Positions 9,143-19,599 are shown, numbered from the stretch's first letter. The stretch is DNA of 32,000 nucleotides from Promethearchaeum syntrophicum (GCF_008000775.2 NZ_CP042905.2:1860001-1892000), one strand, 5' to 3'. Notes: generated by a model from the sequence alone, not told the origin. A program made the numbers and translations.

Positions 9143-9964
9143 ATGAGAAAGAAAAAAGGTACTTATATGATACGAATAAAAAATCGCAATTCAATAAAAT
9201 ATTACTGCATAATACTTATTTTTCTGATTTGCACTATCTCATTTGCATACTCTTCTACCGCTCATAAGTCAGATTTAAATCAAAATTATGAATATATTTT
9301 CAACTCTGATATATCGGCTGATGTAGATCCATCATTATATAATGCTACCTTTTACCCTTTTATTAATTTAAGTTTAAGTTTTTATAAAAATGGAATAATT
9401 CATAATAATGATACTAACAATATTTTCGTGAGTATTAAAATTACAAAAATAGATTCAGATGATAATCCTTTTAGAATAAAAATGGAATTGATTGGTGGTT
9501 TTAACGATCTTGATACAAAAGATATTGGCATTAAAAATATTAGCAATCAATTTATCTGGGATCTAGATCAAAGTGAAAATTGGTTAGATTTTACTTCAAA
9601 TCGCCCAATCACTATCCTGAACTCAGGATTAAATAGAATAAATGTAAAATATGATCCAATTCATGCGAGATATTATGAATATTATAACCATTCTGGTGTT
9701 ATTGAAAGAATTGAAGTTGATTGCAATAGGAATTTATTGTTGAATTCTAGAATAATCCTTCCTGAAACAAGCTCAAACTTTGATTTGTATGACTCCAGAA
9801 TTTTTACAAAAAATCGCTTGGGATTAAGTTTAAATCAAATTCCTGAAAATGGTGAAGAACCTGAAAATGGAACCTTTTTTTTACAATATTTCGGAATTAT
9901 TATCTTAATCGGTGTTACTTTTATTATTTTAGGCAATATTATTAAAAAATTTAGGAGTTATTAA
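9143..9964 (+). CDS. Hypothetical exported protein with C-terminal TM anchor, first gene of the ABC operon
   Basis: 273 aa; N-terminal hydrophobic segment and C-terminal IGVTFIILGNIIKKF; ends 1 nt before the permease gene. Confidence 0.7.
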   Translation: MRKKKGTYMIRIKNRNSIKYYCIILIFLICTISFAYSSTAHKSDLNQNYEYIFNSDISADVDPSLYNATFYPFINLSLSFYKNGIIHNNDTNNIFVSIKITKIDSDDNPFRIKMELIGGFNDLDTKDIGIKNISNQFIWDLDQSENWLDFTSNRPITILNSGLNRINVKYDPIHARYYEYYNHSGVIERIEVDCNRNLLLNSRIILPETSSNFDLYDSRIFTKNRLGLSLNQIPENGEEPENGTFFLQYFGIIILIGVTFIILGNIIKKFRSY

Positions 9965-9965
9965 G

Positions 9966-12665
9966 TTGAAATTAAATAGAGATTGGATACGTATTAAATC
10001 AAAAAAAAAAAAAATCATTGATTTATCTTTTTCAATTGGATTTCTAATATTAATTATTAGTTCAGTATCATTCTTAACAGAATTAATTGAACCTCAACAA
10101 TTAGCAGATAAATTTAATGATATCTCAGATATTTCAGAAAAAAATGAATATTATAGATATATTCACCTCTTTCATAGTAGATCTCGCAATTTAAACATTA
10201 TGAATGATTTTGATTCCAATATTGATAAAATATTTTATGATGATGTTAATAATTACAATTTTTCTCAATCTTCCTTATTTTCTTACGATTTGTGTAATTT
10301 AAATGATACAGGTGCAATATTAGTCGGATTAAGCACCAATTTGATAGAACAAATTAGATCTTTTACAAATGATAAAAATAATAGTGAACTTTATATCATT
10401 AATTCACAAAACGATTTTCTTCTAAATTATACTTCAGATTTTAATATAACAGTTGGAGATATAATTAGTATCAATGTTGATAATTACAAACTTTTAAATA
10501 TATCTCATTTTGAAGTAAATTTTCCCCTATTATATAACTTTTTTTTCAATGGCAGTAGTGGATATGACTTTTTAAGCCAAGATATTTCAACAATAATTTT
10601 TTCTTCCATGAATTTTTTTTATGAATTGTGGGAAGATGAAGTTAGCAATAATCCTGAATTCCAATTTTCTTTTATTGGATTTCAATATTTGTATTCCTTT
10701 TCTGATTTCAATGATATTATTTGGTCCGAAGATGAAATAGATAATTATTCTGAATTTGTTAGAAATGTTGAAGAATTTTTTGATAATGAATACCAAGATA
10801 TCGATATTTTCTATATTGAGGATTCTAAGATGATTAATTTATTCCACCAAACATCTCCAATTCTGAGAATATGCGTTTCAATAATACGAGTTTTGCAATT
10901 TTTATTTATTTTGATTCCTGTAGGATTTCTTTTTAGGAAAATCAATAAATATTTTGAAACTGATTTTTTTTATGAAGCCAATGAATTACTTCATGGTTTG
11001 CCAAAAATTGTTCGATTTAGATATTACATTAATGAACTAGGTTTAATATATGTTTTGAGTGAAATTATCGGATGTATATTAGTTTACGTCTTTATTTTAT
11101 TTCAAAAATTATTTTTTAACATAGAACTCTATTTCAATCAACAGTTTTTTATCGTAATTAGTCTTCTTTCCTTTATTTGTCTGATTTTAAGTATAATTTT
11201 GAATGAATTTTTATTACATAAAGTACTAACAAGTAAAATTGAAACACCCAACTTAAAAAATATTAATAAATTAATTCCATTTTGGTTAAAAATAGCAGGA
11301 TTAATAATATTAATTATAATATTTATTTTATTAAATCGTTTAAGCAATTTATTATTGATTTATTCAATTATTATTGGTGTTATTACAATTTGTATTGTTG
11401 TAACTTATTCTATATCAAAATTAATACGCTTTTATATAAAACTAAAAAATAATAGAAATAAAATTAGGAAAAACAAAATATCAACTAATTTCATTTTATT
11501 CAAACAATGGAACCAATTCACTCCAAAAAAGATTTTTGCATTTACACTCATTTCTTGTATTTGTACTTCAATAATAATTGGAAGTTCAATCACTCTAGAT
11601 ATTGTAAAAAATGATGCAGAATGGTCTATTGGATCTCAAATATCATTTAAAAAATACCACAATGCAACGGATATTTCTAACAATCTTGATTCTAATAGTG
11701 ATATTGAGAGTTATACCTCATATATATCGATTAATACAGATTTCAACACTTCATCGTCGGTAATTCAATCTTCCTATAATATAATGGGTATAAATATTGA
11801 TGATTGGATTAGACATTATTCAAAAAATAGAATTTCTTCTTTCTTAAATTATGAAAATGATTTTAACCTCTCAAAAGATGATGTTTTCATCTCCTATAAA
11901 TACAAGGAATCGGGTTTTGATATCAATGATAGTTTTCCCCTATATTTCTATAATAACACTATACATAACATTGATTTTATAAATTTTTCAGTAAAAGCAT
12001 TGGTCAAAAACTGGCCAATAATTTCATCTTTTCCTGAAAATTTAGATTCAATTAATACTGAAAACCAAGAATTTATTATATTACCTTTAGAACAAACGAA
12101 AAATATTTTGGATCAATTAAATATTGAATTTTATGAAACCTTTTTATTAAAAGTGGATGATAATAACATTGGGAATATAATTAAATATATTTCTTCCTTA
12201 CCTAACATTACTGAAATAAGAACCGTTGACTTAAGATATTACGAAAGTATTAATGATCTTGCAATGAATGCTTTGAAATTAATCATCCAAGGGGGATTAT
12301 TATTTGTAATTATCTTTTTAATTTCTGACTTAAAAAATAATGACATTAATGATAGCTTTAAATCAAAAATTTTAGGAATTCTGGGTTTGAAATCAGATTT
12401 TAGGAAAAATCTTGGTTATAATTTAATGTATGAATGTTATTTGCTCTTAATTTCGCTAATAATTAGCAGTGGTTTATTATTATTTATCTTTAAAATAATC
12501 CTTACAGATGGGTTTAGTAATTTTTTCGAGTACTCACAGACTACATTAACTAAAGTTATAATTACTCAATTGTCGGTTTCAATTTTTATAATTTTTAGTC
12601 AATTTGTGTCATACTTAAAATTTTCAAAAATTGAAATATCAAAAATATTTAGACATCCCGAGTAG
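9966..12665 (+). CDS. FtsX/MacB-like ABC transporter permease, about 10 predicted TM
   Basis: 899 aa; N-terminal TM, large extracytoplasmic loop, cluster of TMs, second extracytoplasmic domain, C-terminal TM cluster; followed by two ABC ATPase genes. Confidence 0.75.
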   Translation: MKLNRDWIRIKSKKKKIIDLSFSIGFLILIISSVSFLTELIEPQQLADKFNDISDISEKNEYYRYIHLFHSRSRNLNIMNDFDSNIDKIFYDDVNNYNFSQSSLFSYDLCNLNDTGAILVGLSTNLIEQIRSFTNDKNNSELYIINSQNDFLLNYTSDFNITVGDIISINVDNYKLLNISHFEVNFPLLYNFFFNGSSGYDFLSQDISTIIFSSMNFFYELWEDEVSNNPEFQFSFIGFQYLYSFSDFNDIIWSEDEIDNYSEFVRNVEEFFDNEYQDIDIFYIEDSKMINLFHQTSPILRICVSIIRVLQFLFILIPVGFLFRKINKYFETDFFYEANELLHGLPKIVRFRYYINELGLIYVLSEIIGCILVYVFILFQKLFFNIELYFNQQFFIVISLLSFICLILSIILNEFLLHKVLTSKIETPNLKNINKLIPFWLKIAGLIILIIIFILLNRLSNLLLIYSIIIGVITICIVVTYSISKLIRFYIKLKNNRNKIRKNKISTNFILFKQWNQFTPKKIFAFTLISCICTSIIIGSSITLDIVKNDAEWSIGSQISFKKYHNATDISNNLDSNSDIESYTSYISINTDFNTSSSVIQSSYNIMGINIDDWIRHYSKNRISSFLNYENDFNLSKDDVFISYKYKESGFDINDSFPLYFYNNTIHNIDFINFSVKALVKNWPIISSFPENLDSINTENQEFIILPLEQTKNILDQLNIEFYETFLLKVDDNNIGNIIKYISSLPNITEIRTVDLRYYESINDLAMNALKLIIQGGLLFVIIFLISDLKNNDINDSFKSKILGILGLKSDFRKNLGYNLMYECYLLLISLIISSGLLLFIFKIILTDGFSNFFEYSQTTLTKVIITQLSVSIFIIFSQFVSYLKFSKIEISKIFRHPE

Positions 12666-12671
12666 ATAAAA

Positions 12672-13382
12672 ATGAATAATAGTATAGAAAATACCATCAT
12701 ATTGAAAAACGTTACAAAAATTTTTGCACATCCATCAGAAAAATTCACAAATATATCAATTTTTAATGGACTTGATTTAGAGATCGATTCATCAAAACTT
12801 AATTTTATTATTGGTCCATCTGGTTCTGGAAAAACAACTTTTTTAAAGATGATATTGGGAATAGAAAGTGTTTCTGCGGGAACAATTATTTTTAATGAAT
12901 TTGAAATTCATAAAATCAATTATGAAAAATATGAAACCAAAGCAAAATATTGGAAACAAGTTGGATATATTAATCAATTTCCTCAAAGAAATATTTGCTT
13001 TTCTTTAAGTGTAGAAGATAATTTGAAATATTCATATTTAAGCAATTCTTCACAAAAAAAAAAAAAAAATGAAATAAATGAGATCTTGTCTGAATTCAAT
13101 TTGCTGAATCAAATTCACACAAAAACAGAATTTCTTTCGGGTGGTGAAATTCAAAGACTTAGCTTTGCGTGTGCGATGGTTAATCCTCCAAAATTAATGC
13201 TTTGTGATGAACCAACCTCTCAATTAGATGAAGAAAATAAATATGCACTTATTGATTTATTACATAAAATTCAAAAAAAATACAATATTTGTGTCATAAT
13301 TTCTACTCATGATTTGTCTATAGCAAAAAATTCAAATATATTAAAAATTAGTGGAGGAAAAATAGAATATGTCAATTGTTAA
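12672..13382 (+). CDS. ABC transporter ATP-binding protein (LolD/MacB-like)
   Basis: Walker A GPSGSGKTTF, signature LSGGEIQRL, Walker B LMLCDEPTS, H-loop STHD. Confidence 0.92.
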   Translation: MNNSIENTIILKNVTKIFAHPSEKFTNISIFNGLDLEIDSSKLNFIIGPSGSGKTTFLKMILGIESVSAGTIIFNEFEIHKINYEKYETKAKYWKQVGYINQFPQRNICFSLSVEDNLKYSYLSNSSQKKKKNEINEILSEFNLLNQIHTKTEFLSGGEIQRLSFACAMVNPPKLMLCDEPTSQLDEENKYALIDLLHKIQKKYNICVIISTHDLSIAKNSNILKISGGKIEYVNC

Positions 13383-14046
13383 TTTAAAAGATGTTGGATA
13401 CGATGTAAATATATCAAATCATTTCACAAAAAAAATTTTAAAAAAAATAAATTTTATTGCACATCCAGGAGAATTCCATGCAATTATAGGACCTTCAGGA
13501 TGTGGAAAAACAACTTTACTTAATATAATTGGTAGTTTATTAAAGCCATCAACTGGGTCAGTAGAATTATTTGAAAAAGATATAACTAATTTTTCTGAGA
13601 AAAATATCCATAAAATTAGAAAAAATATAGGTTATATATTTCAATCAGTTTATATTCCAAAAAATATGTCGGTTTTTGAATATTTGATTTTTTTCGCAGA
13701 ATTAAGTGGTTTAGAACCTAATAAAGCTATAGAGACATCAAATAGTTTTCTTAAGGAGTTCAATTTACAAACTCTTCAATACAAAAAATCAGATATATTA
13801 AGTGGTGGAGAAAAACAATTGGTTTCGTTACTTTCAATCTTAATTTCTGATCCACAGTTAATATTACTTGATGAACCTACAGGTTCCGTAGATTATGAAC
13901 ATAAATTAAGAATTTGGGAATCTATTAAATCTTTATGTAAAACAAATAAAACAATAATTGTGGTTTCTCATGATAAGAAAATACTTGAATATGCTGATTA
14001 TACTCATTTATTAAATTATGGTGAGATATTTCAACAAAAGAAATAA
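13369..14046 (+). CDS. ABC transporter ATP-binding protein (LolD/MacB-like)
   Basis: Walker A GPSGCGKTTL, signature LSGGEKQLV, Walker B LILLDEPTG, H-loop VSHD. Overlaps the preceding gene by 14 nt. Confidence 0.92.
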   Translation: MSIVNLKDVGYDVNISNHFTKKILKKINFIAHPGEFHAIIGPSGCGKTTLLNIIGSLLKPSTGSVELFEKDITNFSEKNIHKIRKNIGYIFQSVYIPKNMSVFEYLIFFAELSGLEPNKAIETSNSFLKEFNLQTLQYKKSDILSGGEKQLVSLLSILISDPQLILLDEPTGSVDYEHKLRIWESIKSLCKTNKTIIVVSHDKKILEYADYTHLLNYGEIFQQKK

Positions 14047-14505
14047 TTTCTTTGGAAAAGTTGGAGGATAATTTATAATATCCTAGTAATGGGGATCTCA
14101 TTTGCAAATTTTCTGAGTAAACATAATGTATACTCTTTTTCCCTCCTAAGGTTATAAAAACCGTTCATCCATAATTAAATTACCTCTATTCGCTAAAAAA
14201 TGAGAATCTTGGGTGAGTAAAATTTTACATTCTAACAAAATTCGATTATAATCTAGATATATTTCAAACAATAGTGAGTTTTATAGTATTTCTATAATTA
14301 GAATTTCAATATTATTCTCTTCGATTTATAGTTTACGTAAGTTACACTGTGAATTGGAGAGAAATTTTGAAAAAGATCATCTATTGAATGGAATAATTCC
14401 AATCTATTCACATTGTAGAAATATTAAATGAAAGAATTGGAAATTCTATTAATTATTTATCCAATTTTAGATTATCTTTAATTAGCAGAAAAATACTTAT
14501 AAATC

Positions 14506-14540
14506 TTGTAGGATTACACTAAGATTACAAAATCCTACAA
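14506..14540. terminator. Perfect 10-bp inverted repeat at the 3' end of the Fic gene
   Basis: TTGTAGGATT (14506-14515) / AATCCTACAA (14531-14540); overlaps the stop codon at 14535. Confidence 0.4.
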
Positions 14541-15431
14541 ATAAAACTTAAAGTAATCATTTCTTAAGTAATATTTCAGAAACCAATTAATAAAAATCAT
14601 TTCATTATCTTGCAGATTACTCCTTTCCAGAGCAGTATAATAAGAGAATCTATCTTTATATCGAATATTTACCATAGGATAACCGTTTTTATACAAAATA
14701 TAATTCATAAGCATTCTTGAAACTCGTCCATTTCCATCAGCAAAGTTGTGAATTAGACCTACAATCTTATATTTGAATAATCCAGCGAGTAAAACAGGGT
14801 GATAGATCCGCTTTTTTGCATTATACCACTGAATAAGTTGTTTCATTAATACTTTTACGTTTTCGTGAGGAGGGAATTTTGCTTTACTATTTCTAATTGA
14901 AACATTTCCTTTTCTTAATTTTCCTGCAATATCTGATTTAGTTTCGCTAAATAATGATTTATGCAATTCTAAGATAAATTTCACCGAGATTTCTTTCTTT
15001 GAATCCAATAGGATATTGAAACTTTTCATGTGAAAATAAATTTCTAAACAGTCCTTAAAACTCCGTTTTACAGGTGAAATGTCCTCATCTAATAACATTT
15101 GGGTATCTCGATAAGATAATGTAGAACCTTCTATGCGATTCGAGTTAAATGTGAAATTTATACCAAACTTTCTTAATTCTTGCTTTTTTAATTCGGTTGG
15201 ATATGTTAAAAAATAGTCATATCCACTTTTAATCTTGCTAAAATCATCTTTGAATCTTTTTTCAATTATCTTATTATAAAACTCATCTTTCTTTTTATCC
15301 AATATTTCAAAGGGGGGTATTGTATCGTATCCAATTCCTTTTTCAATATGTTTTAAATGATTATTTTGTCGATATGAATAAACAAATGAATAATAATTTC
15401 TCTTATTTCTGACTCGTTTTAACATTTCCAT
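14535..15431 (-). CDS. Fic domain protein
   Basis: 298 aa with Fic motif HNFADGNGRVSR and upstream FNSNRIEGSTLSYRDT (Fic N-terminal region). Confidence 0.9.
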   Translation of the reverse strand: MEMLKRVRNKRNYYSFVYSYRQNNHLKHIEKGIGYDTIPPFEILDKKKDEFYNKIIEKRFKDDFSKIKSGYDYFLTYPTELKKQELRKFGINFTFNSNRIEGSTLSYRDTQMLLDEDISPVKRSFKDCLEIYFHMKSFNILLDSKKEISVKFILELHKSLFSETKSDIAGKLRKGNVSIRNSKAKFPPHENVKVLMKQLIQWYNAKKRIYHPVLLAGLFKYKIVGLIHNFADGNGRVSRMLMNYILYKNGYPMVNIRYKDRFSYYTALERSNLQDNEMIFINWFLKYYLRNDYFKFYL

Positions 15432-15500
15432 ATCATATTAATAAATTTCAAATAAAAAACGTTTTTGCTATGGTAAAATGCGTTAAAATTGTTAAAAAAG

Positions 15501-16211
15501 TTATGATTTAACCTGCTTTAATCGTGTTTTGAAATATTTCATTATATTTCTCATAGCTTGTAATGTCATAAAATTGTTATATATTATATCTTCTTTTCTT
15601 AATTCATCATTTTTTAGAAAATAAGCAATTTCGTCTACTTTAGGTGAAATATTTTCTGGAATATCTTCCCATGCGTTATTTTCAAGAATTCTATTGATAT
15701 CTCCCCCAAACTCAATTATTTTTTCCAATTCTGATTTTGAATAATCGAAATATTTATCATCTGAATAATAACGTTTTAATTTCTCTTCAATTTCTGGATT
15801 TGAATTAAAACAATCATAATTCTTTATAAAATTCCAAATTTCTTGCCAAAATTCATCTTTGTAAAAGCCTAAATCATGATAATATGAAACAATACTAAAT
15901 ATATCAGGTTCTTCATTCATACAAGAATCTTTTATACATTGTATTGAGGATAGATTTAATAGATCCTCTTCCGAAATTGAATATCTTAGCATTTTTTCTA
16001 AATATTTGATTAATTCAATTCCTAATTCTTCTTCAAGTGGTTTGTATGTAGATTCGATTTTTTTATACATTTGAATTATTTCTAATTCTAAATCTTTCGA
16101 TACCATATTAGTTTCAAGTTTGTTATTAATATCAACTAATATCTCCCATTCTTCCATTTCGTTTAATTCGGTTAAAATATTCTTTCGTTTAAAATTTTCA
16201 ATTTGTGTCAT
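15501..16211 (-). CDS. Hypothetical acidic protein
   Basis: Long open frame (236 aa), arranged with the next minus-strand ORF. Confidence 0.6.
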   Translation of the reverse strand: MTQIENFKRKNILTELNEMEEWEILVDINNKLETNMVSKDLELEIIQMYKKIESTYKPLEEELGIELIKYLEKMLRYSISEEDLLNLSSIQCIKDSCMNEEPDIFSIVSYYHDLGFYKDEFWQEIWNFIKNYDCFNSNPEIEEKLKRYYSDDKYFDYSKSELEKIIEFGGDINRILENNAWEDIPENISPKVDEIAYFLKNDELRKEDIIYNNFMTLQAMRNIMKYFKTRLKQVKS

Positions 16212-16229
16212 TTGCTTTCCCTTTCTGTT

Positions 16230-16997
16230 TTATGGCATTTTTAACTCTGCTCTCCAATCTTCAATTGCTTCTTGTTGCTCAATTAACTGCTCTTTTATAT
16301 TAGATTGCTCATTAATATAAAAATAATAATCAGATTTTTGACAAAAGCATAAATCTTCAATTATATATTTGCATTTTTTCTTTTCTTTCATATCTTTGCA
16401 ACTGAGTAAAAAATCATTTTCTGCAGTTATAAAATCATCTACAATTCCATTTTGGTCTATTACAGGATACCATTCTCCTATTGAACAATTTTTAATATCG
16501 ATTAATGGAAGTTCCAAATCAATAATCGTTTTAAATAACTCTTCTTGATTGTCTCCCTCTAAATCATTATTGTTAATAAATTGAAATAATTCGTTCTTTG
16601 TTATTTTTTCCTTTAATACATTATTATTATTTATTTCAACTGATCTTTCCCTTTCATCCCTTTCATCCGTTTCATCCATTTCATCTAATTCAGTCAAAAT
16701 TTCTATTAATTCGTTTTCCTCTGAGTTTTCCCTCCATTCAATAATATTACTCAATGTTTCTCTTATGAATTTCTCGTCAATATTATTCCGATCAAAATAG
16801 TAATTCATAAATAGCACTTGATCAGTCGCATGGATATGGATTTCTTTTTTTTGATCATATACTTTAAATTGATTGGATCTAAAGCGAAAATATAATGATT
16901 TTTCAGCAGTTTCAATTGTACCTTGCGTAGGACACCCATGTGTGTCCCAAAATTCTATTTTTGGATTTGTTAATTTCCTGTCTATAATTGCTACCAT
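16230..16997 (-). CDS. Hypothetical acidic protein with Cys-containing C-terminal region
   Basis: 255 aa open frame; C..KCKYIIEDLCFC. Confidence 0.6.
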   Translation of the reverse strand: MVAIIDRKLTNPKIEFWDTHGCPTQGTIETAEKSLYFRFRSNQFKVYDQKKEIHIHATDQVLFMNYYFDRNNIDEKFIRETLSNIIEWRENSEENELIEILTELDEMDETDERDERERSVEINNNNVLKEKITKNELFQFINNNDLEGDNQEELFKTIIDLELPLIDIKNCSIGEWYPVIDQNGIVDDFITAENDFLLSCKDMKEKKKCKYIIEDLCFCQKSDYYFYINEQSNIKEQLIEQQEAIEDWRAELKMP

Positions 16998-17187
16998 TTT
17001 TATTTTACCTGTTTTTCTGTTTTTTTTATGAAAAAAGTATGCTTAAAATTCTCATAAAAACAATTAATTTCAAGTATTTAATCTAATAATAAAAACAAAT
17101 GATATATTTGTAATTAATAAGAGATTATTAAAAATTCATGCAGATTATAATGATTACAGAATTAGTACGTGAGATTTTATTTCTTTT

Positions 17188-17607
17188 TCAAAATGGATTT
17201 GGTGGTGGATTCAAAGCTGAATAAACTAATTTTTCAAGCGATTGTTGGTCATAACAATCTGTCTGCAATTGCAATTCGATTTTCTTGCGAATGTCTACGA
17301 ATTTCGCTTGTTCACCAATGGGGAATTGGGGATCGGTAATCCTCTTAGTAATCTCGGCTAATAAGCGTTTGTTTCGCTTATAATGTTTAGATTTTGTGGG
17401 TTTAGTAGGTTTAATTTTTGCAGAGGTTTTCCCTTTTTTCTCACTGTGATCCCTGTTAAAATTCTGTTTCATGATGCGGAAGGCAGATCCAAAATTCAAA
17501 GCATAATCTTTATAATGCTTATTTTGTCGATAGGCTCTTTCACTAATAAATTCGGGCGTCAGTCTATTCTTTCTTTTATAATCTATACGTTTTCTTGTCA
17601 TGTTCAT
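17188..17607 (-). CDS. Hypothetical small basic protein
   Basis: 139 aa, strongly basic N-terminal half; overlaps upstream gene by 32 nt. Confidence 0.6.
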   Translation of the reverse strand: MNMTRKRIDYKRKNRLTPEFISERAYRQNKHYKDYALNFGSAFRIMKQNFNRDHSEKKGKTSAKIKPTKPTKSKHYKRNKRLLAEITKRITDPQFPIGEQAKFVDIRKKIELQLQTDCYDQQSLEKLVYSALNPPPNPF

Positions 17608-17986
17608 CCTTTCTCATGAAAGCTGTGCAGGTGACAGCTTTTGATCGTTTTTCAAAGCCATACGCTAATAATATCTTCTTTGAATTCTTAAAAAATCTCT
17701 TTTTCAGATCGGGAACGTTGTTAATTTTGTTAAAAGTATAGAAAATTTCTTTGATATTGATATATTGCTTCGTTCTGATAAAATCTACGACAAATTCATT
17801 GATAATCGCTTTAAATTCACGTTTCCGTAAAAGTTCGTTTATATCTATCAAACTTGTAATGATATGTGTTGTTGAGCATTGTGTATGAATGAAATACTCT
17901 CCAAATTTTTTCTCATTTCGATAGATTAAATTATTGCAAATTACACAATAATTTAAATCTTTTGCAGTTTTAGTTTCTAGTGCCAT
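17576..17986 (-). CDS. Hypothetical protein with CxxC-type N-terminal region
   Basis: 136 aa; CVICNNLIYRNEKKFGEYFIHTQC suggests a four-ligand zinc-binding site. Confidence 0.6.
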   Translation of the reverse strand: MALETKTAKDLNYCVICNNLIYRNEKKFGEYFIHTQCSTTHIITSLIDINELLRKREFKAIINEFVVDFIRTKQYINIKEIFYTFNKINNVPDLKKRFFKNSKKILLAYGFEKRSKAVTCTAFMRKDEHDKKTYRL

Positions 17987-17997
17987 ATTTTTTTCAC

Positions 17998-18345
17998 TTA
18001 GTCTTTTCTTTCTAATATTAATACTGATACGATCTGATTCTTGTTAGAAAATCGTTTAAACGTTATGTATTGTTCTAAATTTTTTAGCTGTAATCTGTTG
18101 TAATTAATATCTTGCTCTAATATTTTAAATGGGATCTGCTTTATTGGTAAATCAGCTTTTTTTAGTATTTCTACATGAGGATAGATAATCGTTTTCGCTA
18201 AATCCACAATAATTGAGATCTTATCGCCTTTCTGATAAAATCTGCCTTGTGTTTGTGAGAGAATTGCTATAAATTTCTTGTGTTTCAATTTGTAGAAATT
18301 GTGCTTAAACATTAAATGATTTTTCTTGACAGTTTGCATTTTCAA
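17998..18345 (-). CDS. Hypothetical protein
   Basis: 115 aa; 4-nt overlap with the upstream ORF at 18342. Confidence 0.6.
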   Translation of the reverse strand: MKMQTVKKNHLMFKHNFYKLKHKKFIAILSQTQGRFYQKGDKISIIVDLAKTIIYPHVEILKKADLPIKQIPFKILEQDINYNRLQLKNLEQYITFKRFSNKNQIVSVLILERKD

Positions 18346-18707
18346 TTTTCCCTCTTATTTTCAAGAATGAACACATTCGTTCTTTTTTTTCTCATAATAA
18401 TACCTGATATGATATTTTTTTGTAAATACGTTTCATTTCGAACCAAACACACTGATAAATTTAACGGAACACTTAATTTAGGGTATTTTGGTTTAGGTTG
18501 ATTCTGTTTGAATTGTTCTATCTCATGTTTAGCTGTCTTATAATCAATATATTTTGTGTTACAGAGTTTCGAATATTCGCATGAATCAAAATATTGAGAG
18601 AAATAACTGTATTTATGATGATTACATAAGATTATATAAAAATAGTTCTGAATTTGCACATTATACGGTGTATAACTCACAGTATTAGCAGAGGCTGTTG
18701 ACAACAT
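18342..18707 (-). CDS. Hypothetical protein
   Basis: 121 aa; overlaps both neighbours by 1-4 nt. Confidence 0.55.
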   Translation of the reverse strand: MLSTASANTVSYTPYNVQIQNYFYIILCNHHKYSYFSQYFDSCEYSKLCNTKYIDYKTAKHEIEQFKQNQPKPKYPKLSVPLNLSVCLVRNETYLQKNIISGIIMRKKRTNVFILENKREN

Positions 18708-19138
18708 TAATTAAAAATCTCCATTTTTTCTTTTTCTTCTATTTTTTTCAATTTCAAGATGTAAAACATAGGATTCGATTCTTCTAAACCCCATAAATTA
18801 AGAAATGCTTTCGGGGATTTTAACATAGAATTCGTAGTAGCACAATTATATCTCAATAATGCAAAATCAATTTTGTGGAATTCTGTCGGGATAATCTCAA
18901 CTATTTTAGCGGTACATACAACCTGAGTTTTTTTGATATAATTCAAAAATTCAGTGGTTTTATATCTAAACTCAATTTCATTCCCTATCGTTAAAAAATG
19001 GTATTTTTGCATGAATTTAGCAGGAATTATGTGAATAAACGTACGATATTCAAATTTAGTATAGCGTTCCTTCACTAAAAGAAAATTGATCTTGTTCTTT
19101 GCAGGGTTAGATCGATTTTTTATGATTAATTTCTGCAT
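18707..19138 (-). CDS. Hypothetical protein, possibly ASCH/PUA-like
   Basis: 143 aa; LLVKERYTKFEYRTFIHIIPAKFMQKYHFLTIGNEIEFRYK...VVCTAKIVEII is reminiscent of ASCH/EVE-type folds (weak). Confidence 0.6.
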   Translation of the reverse strand: MQKLIIKNRSNPAKNKINFLLVKERYTKFEYRTFIHIIPAKFMQKYHFLTIGNEIEFRYKTTEFLNYIKKTQVVCTAKIVEIIPTEFHKIDFALLRYNCATTNSMLKSPKAFLNLWGLEESNPMFYILKLKKIEEKEKMEIFN

Positions 19139-19599
19139 TATCCAATTAACTCCCGAAATGATTTTTGGTGAGGAAAGCTCACGATTTGATGTTTCCGAAA
19201 TTCGAATATTACCAATTTAGGATTCCCTTTCAGATTTTTTAGTTGTTGATAATCTTTACGAGTGTTAATCGCAAATTCGTGATTATCGATGTCAAATTTC
19301 AATTTTAATAATGGAATTTCGTTAAACCGCTTAATTTCCCGCTTGATTGCTTTACAATAGCCTAAATTCTCAAAAAAATTAGTCAATTTACTTTTATTAT
19401 CTACAATAATCAAATAATCTCTGTTTTGCTCATATGTATTCATTTGAGTTAGGGGAAGAATTACTGTGAATACATTATATCGTAATTTATCATATTTCTC
19501 TTCGAAATATAAGAGGTTTTCACTAAATTCTGTAGAAATGTACTCTAACTCCCGTATTTTTCTTTTTAGTGTGAAGGTTAATTGTTCCATATTTTTCAC
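19138..19599 (-). CDS. Hypothetical protein
   Basis: 153 aa; 1-nt overlap with the next gene. Confidence 0.6.
   Translation of the reverse strand: MKNMEQLTFTLKRKIRELEYISTEFSENLLYFEEKYDKLRYNVFTVILPLTQMNTYEQNRDYLIIVDNKSKLTNFFENLGYCKAIKREIKRFNEIPLLKLKFDIDNHEFAINTRKDYQQLKNLKGNPKLVIFEFRKHQIVSFPHQKSFRELIG

Noticed and set aside
10587-11347. Minus-strand ORFs inside the permease gene
   Set aside because: AT-rich antisense frames with no supporting features.
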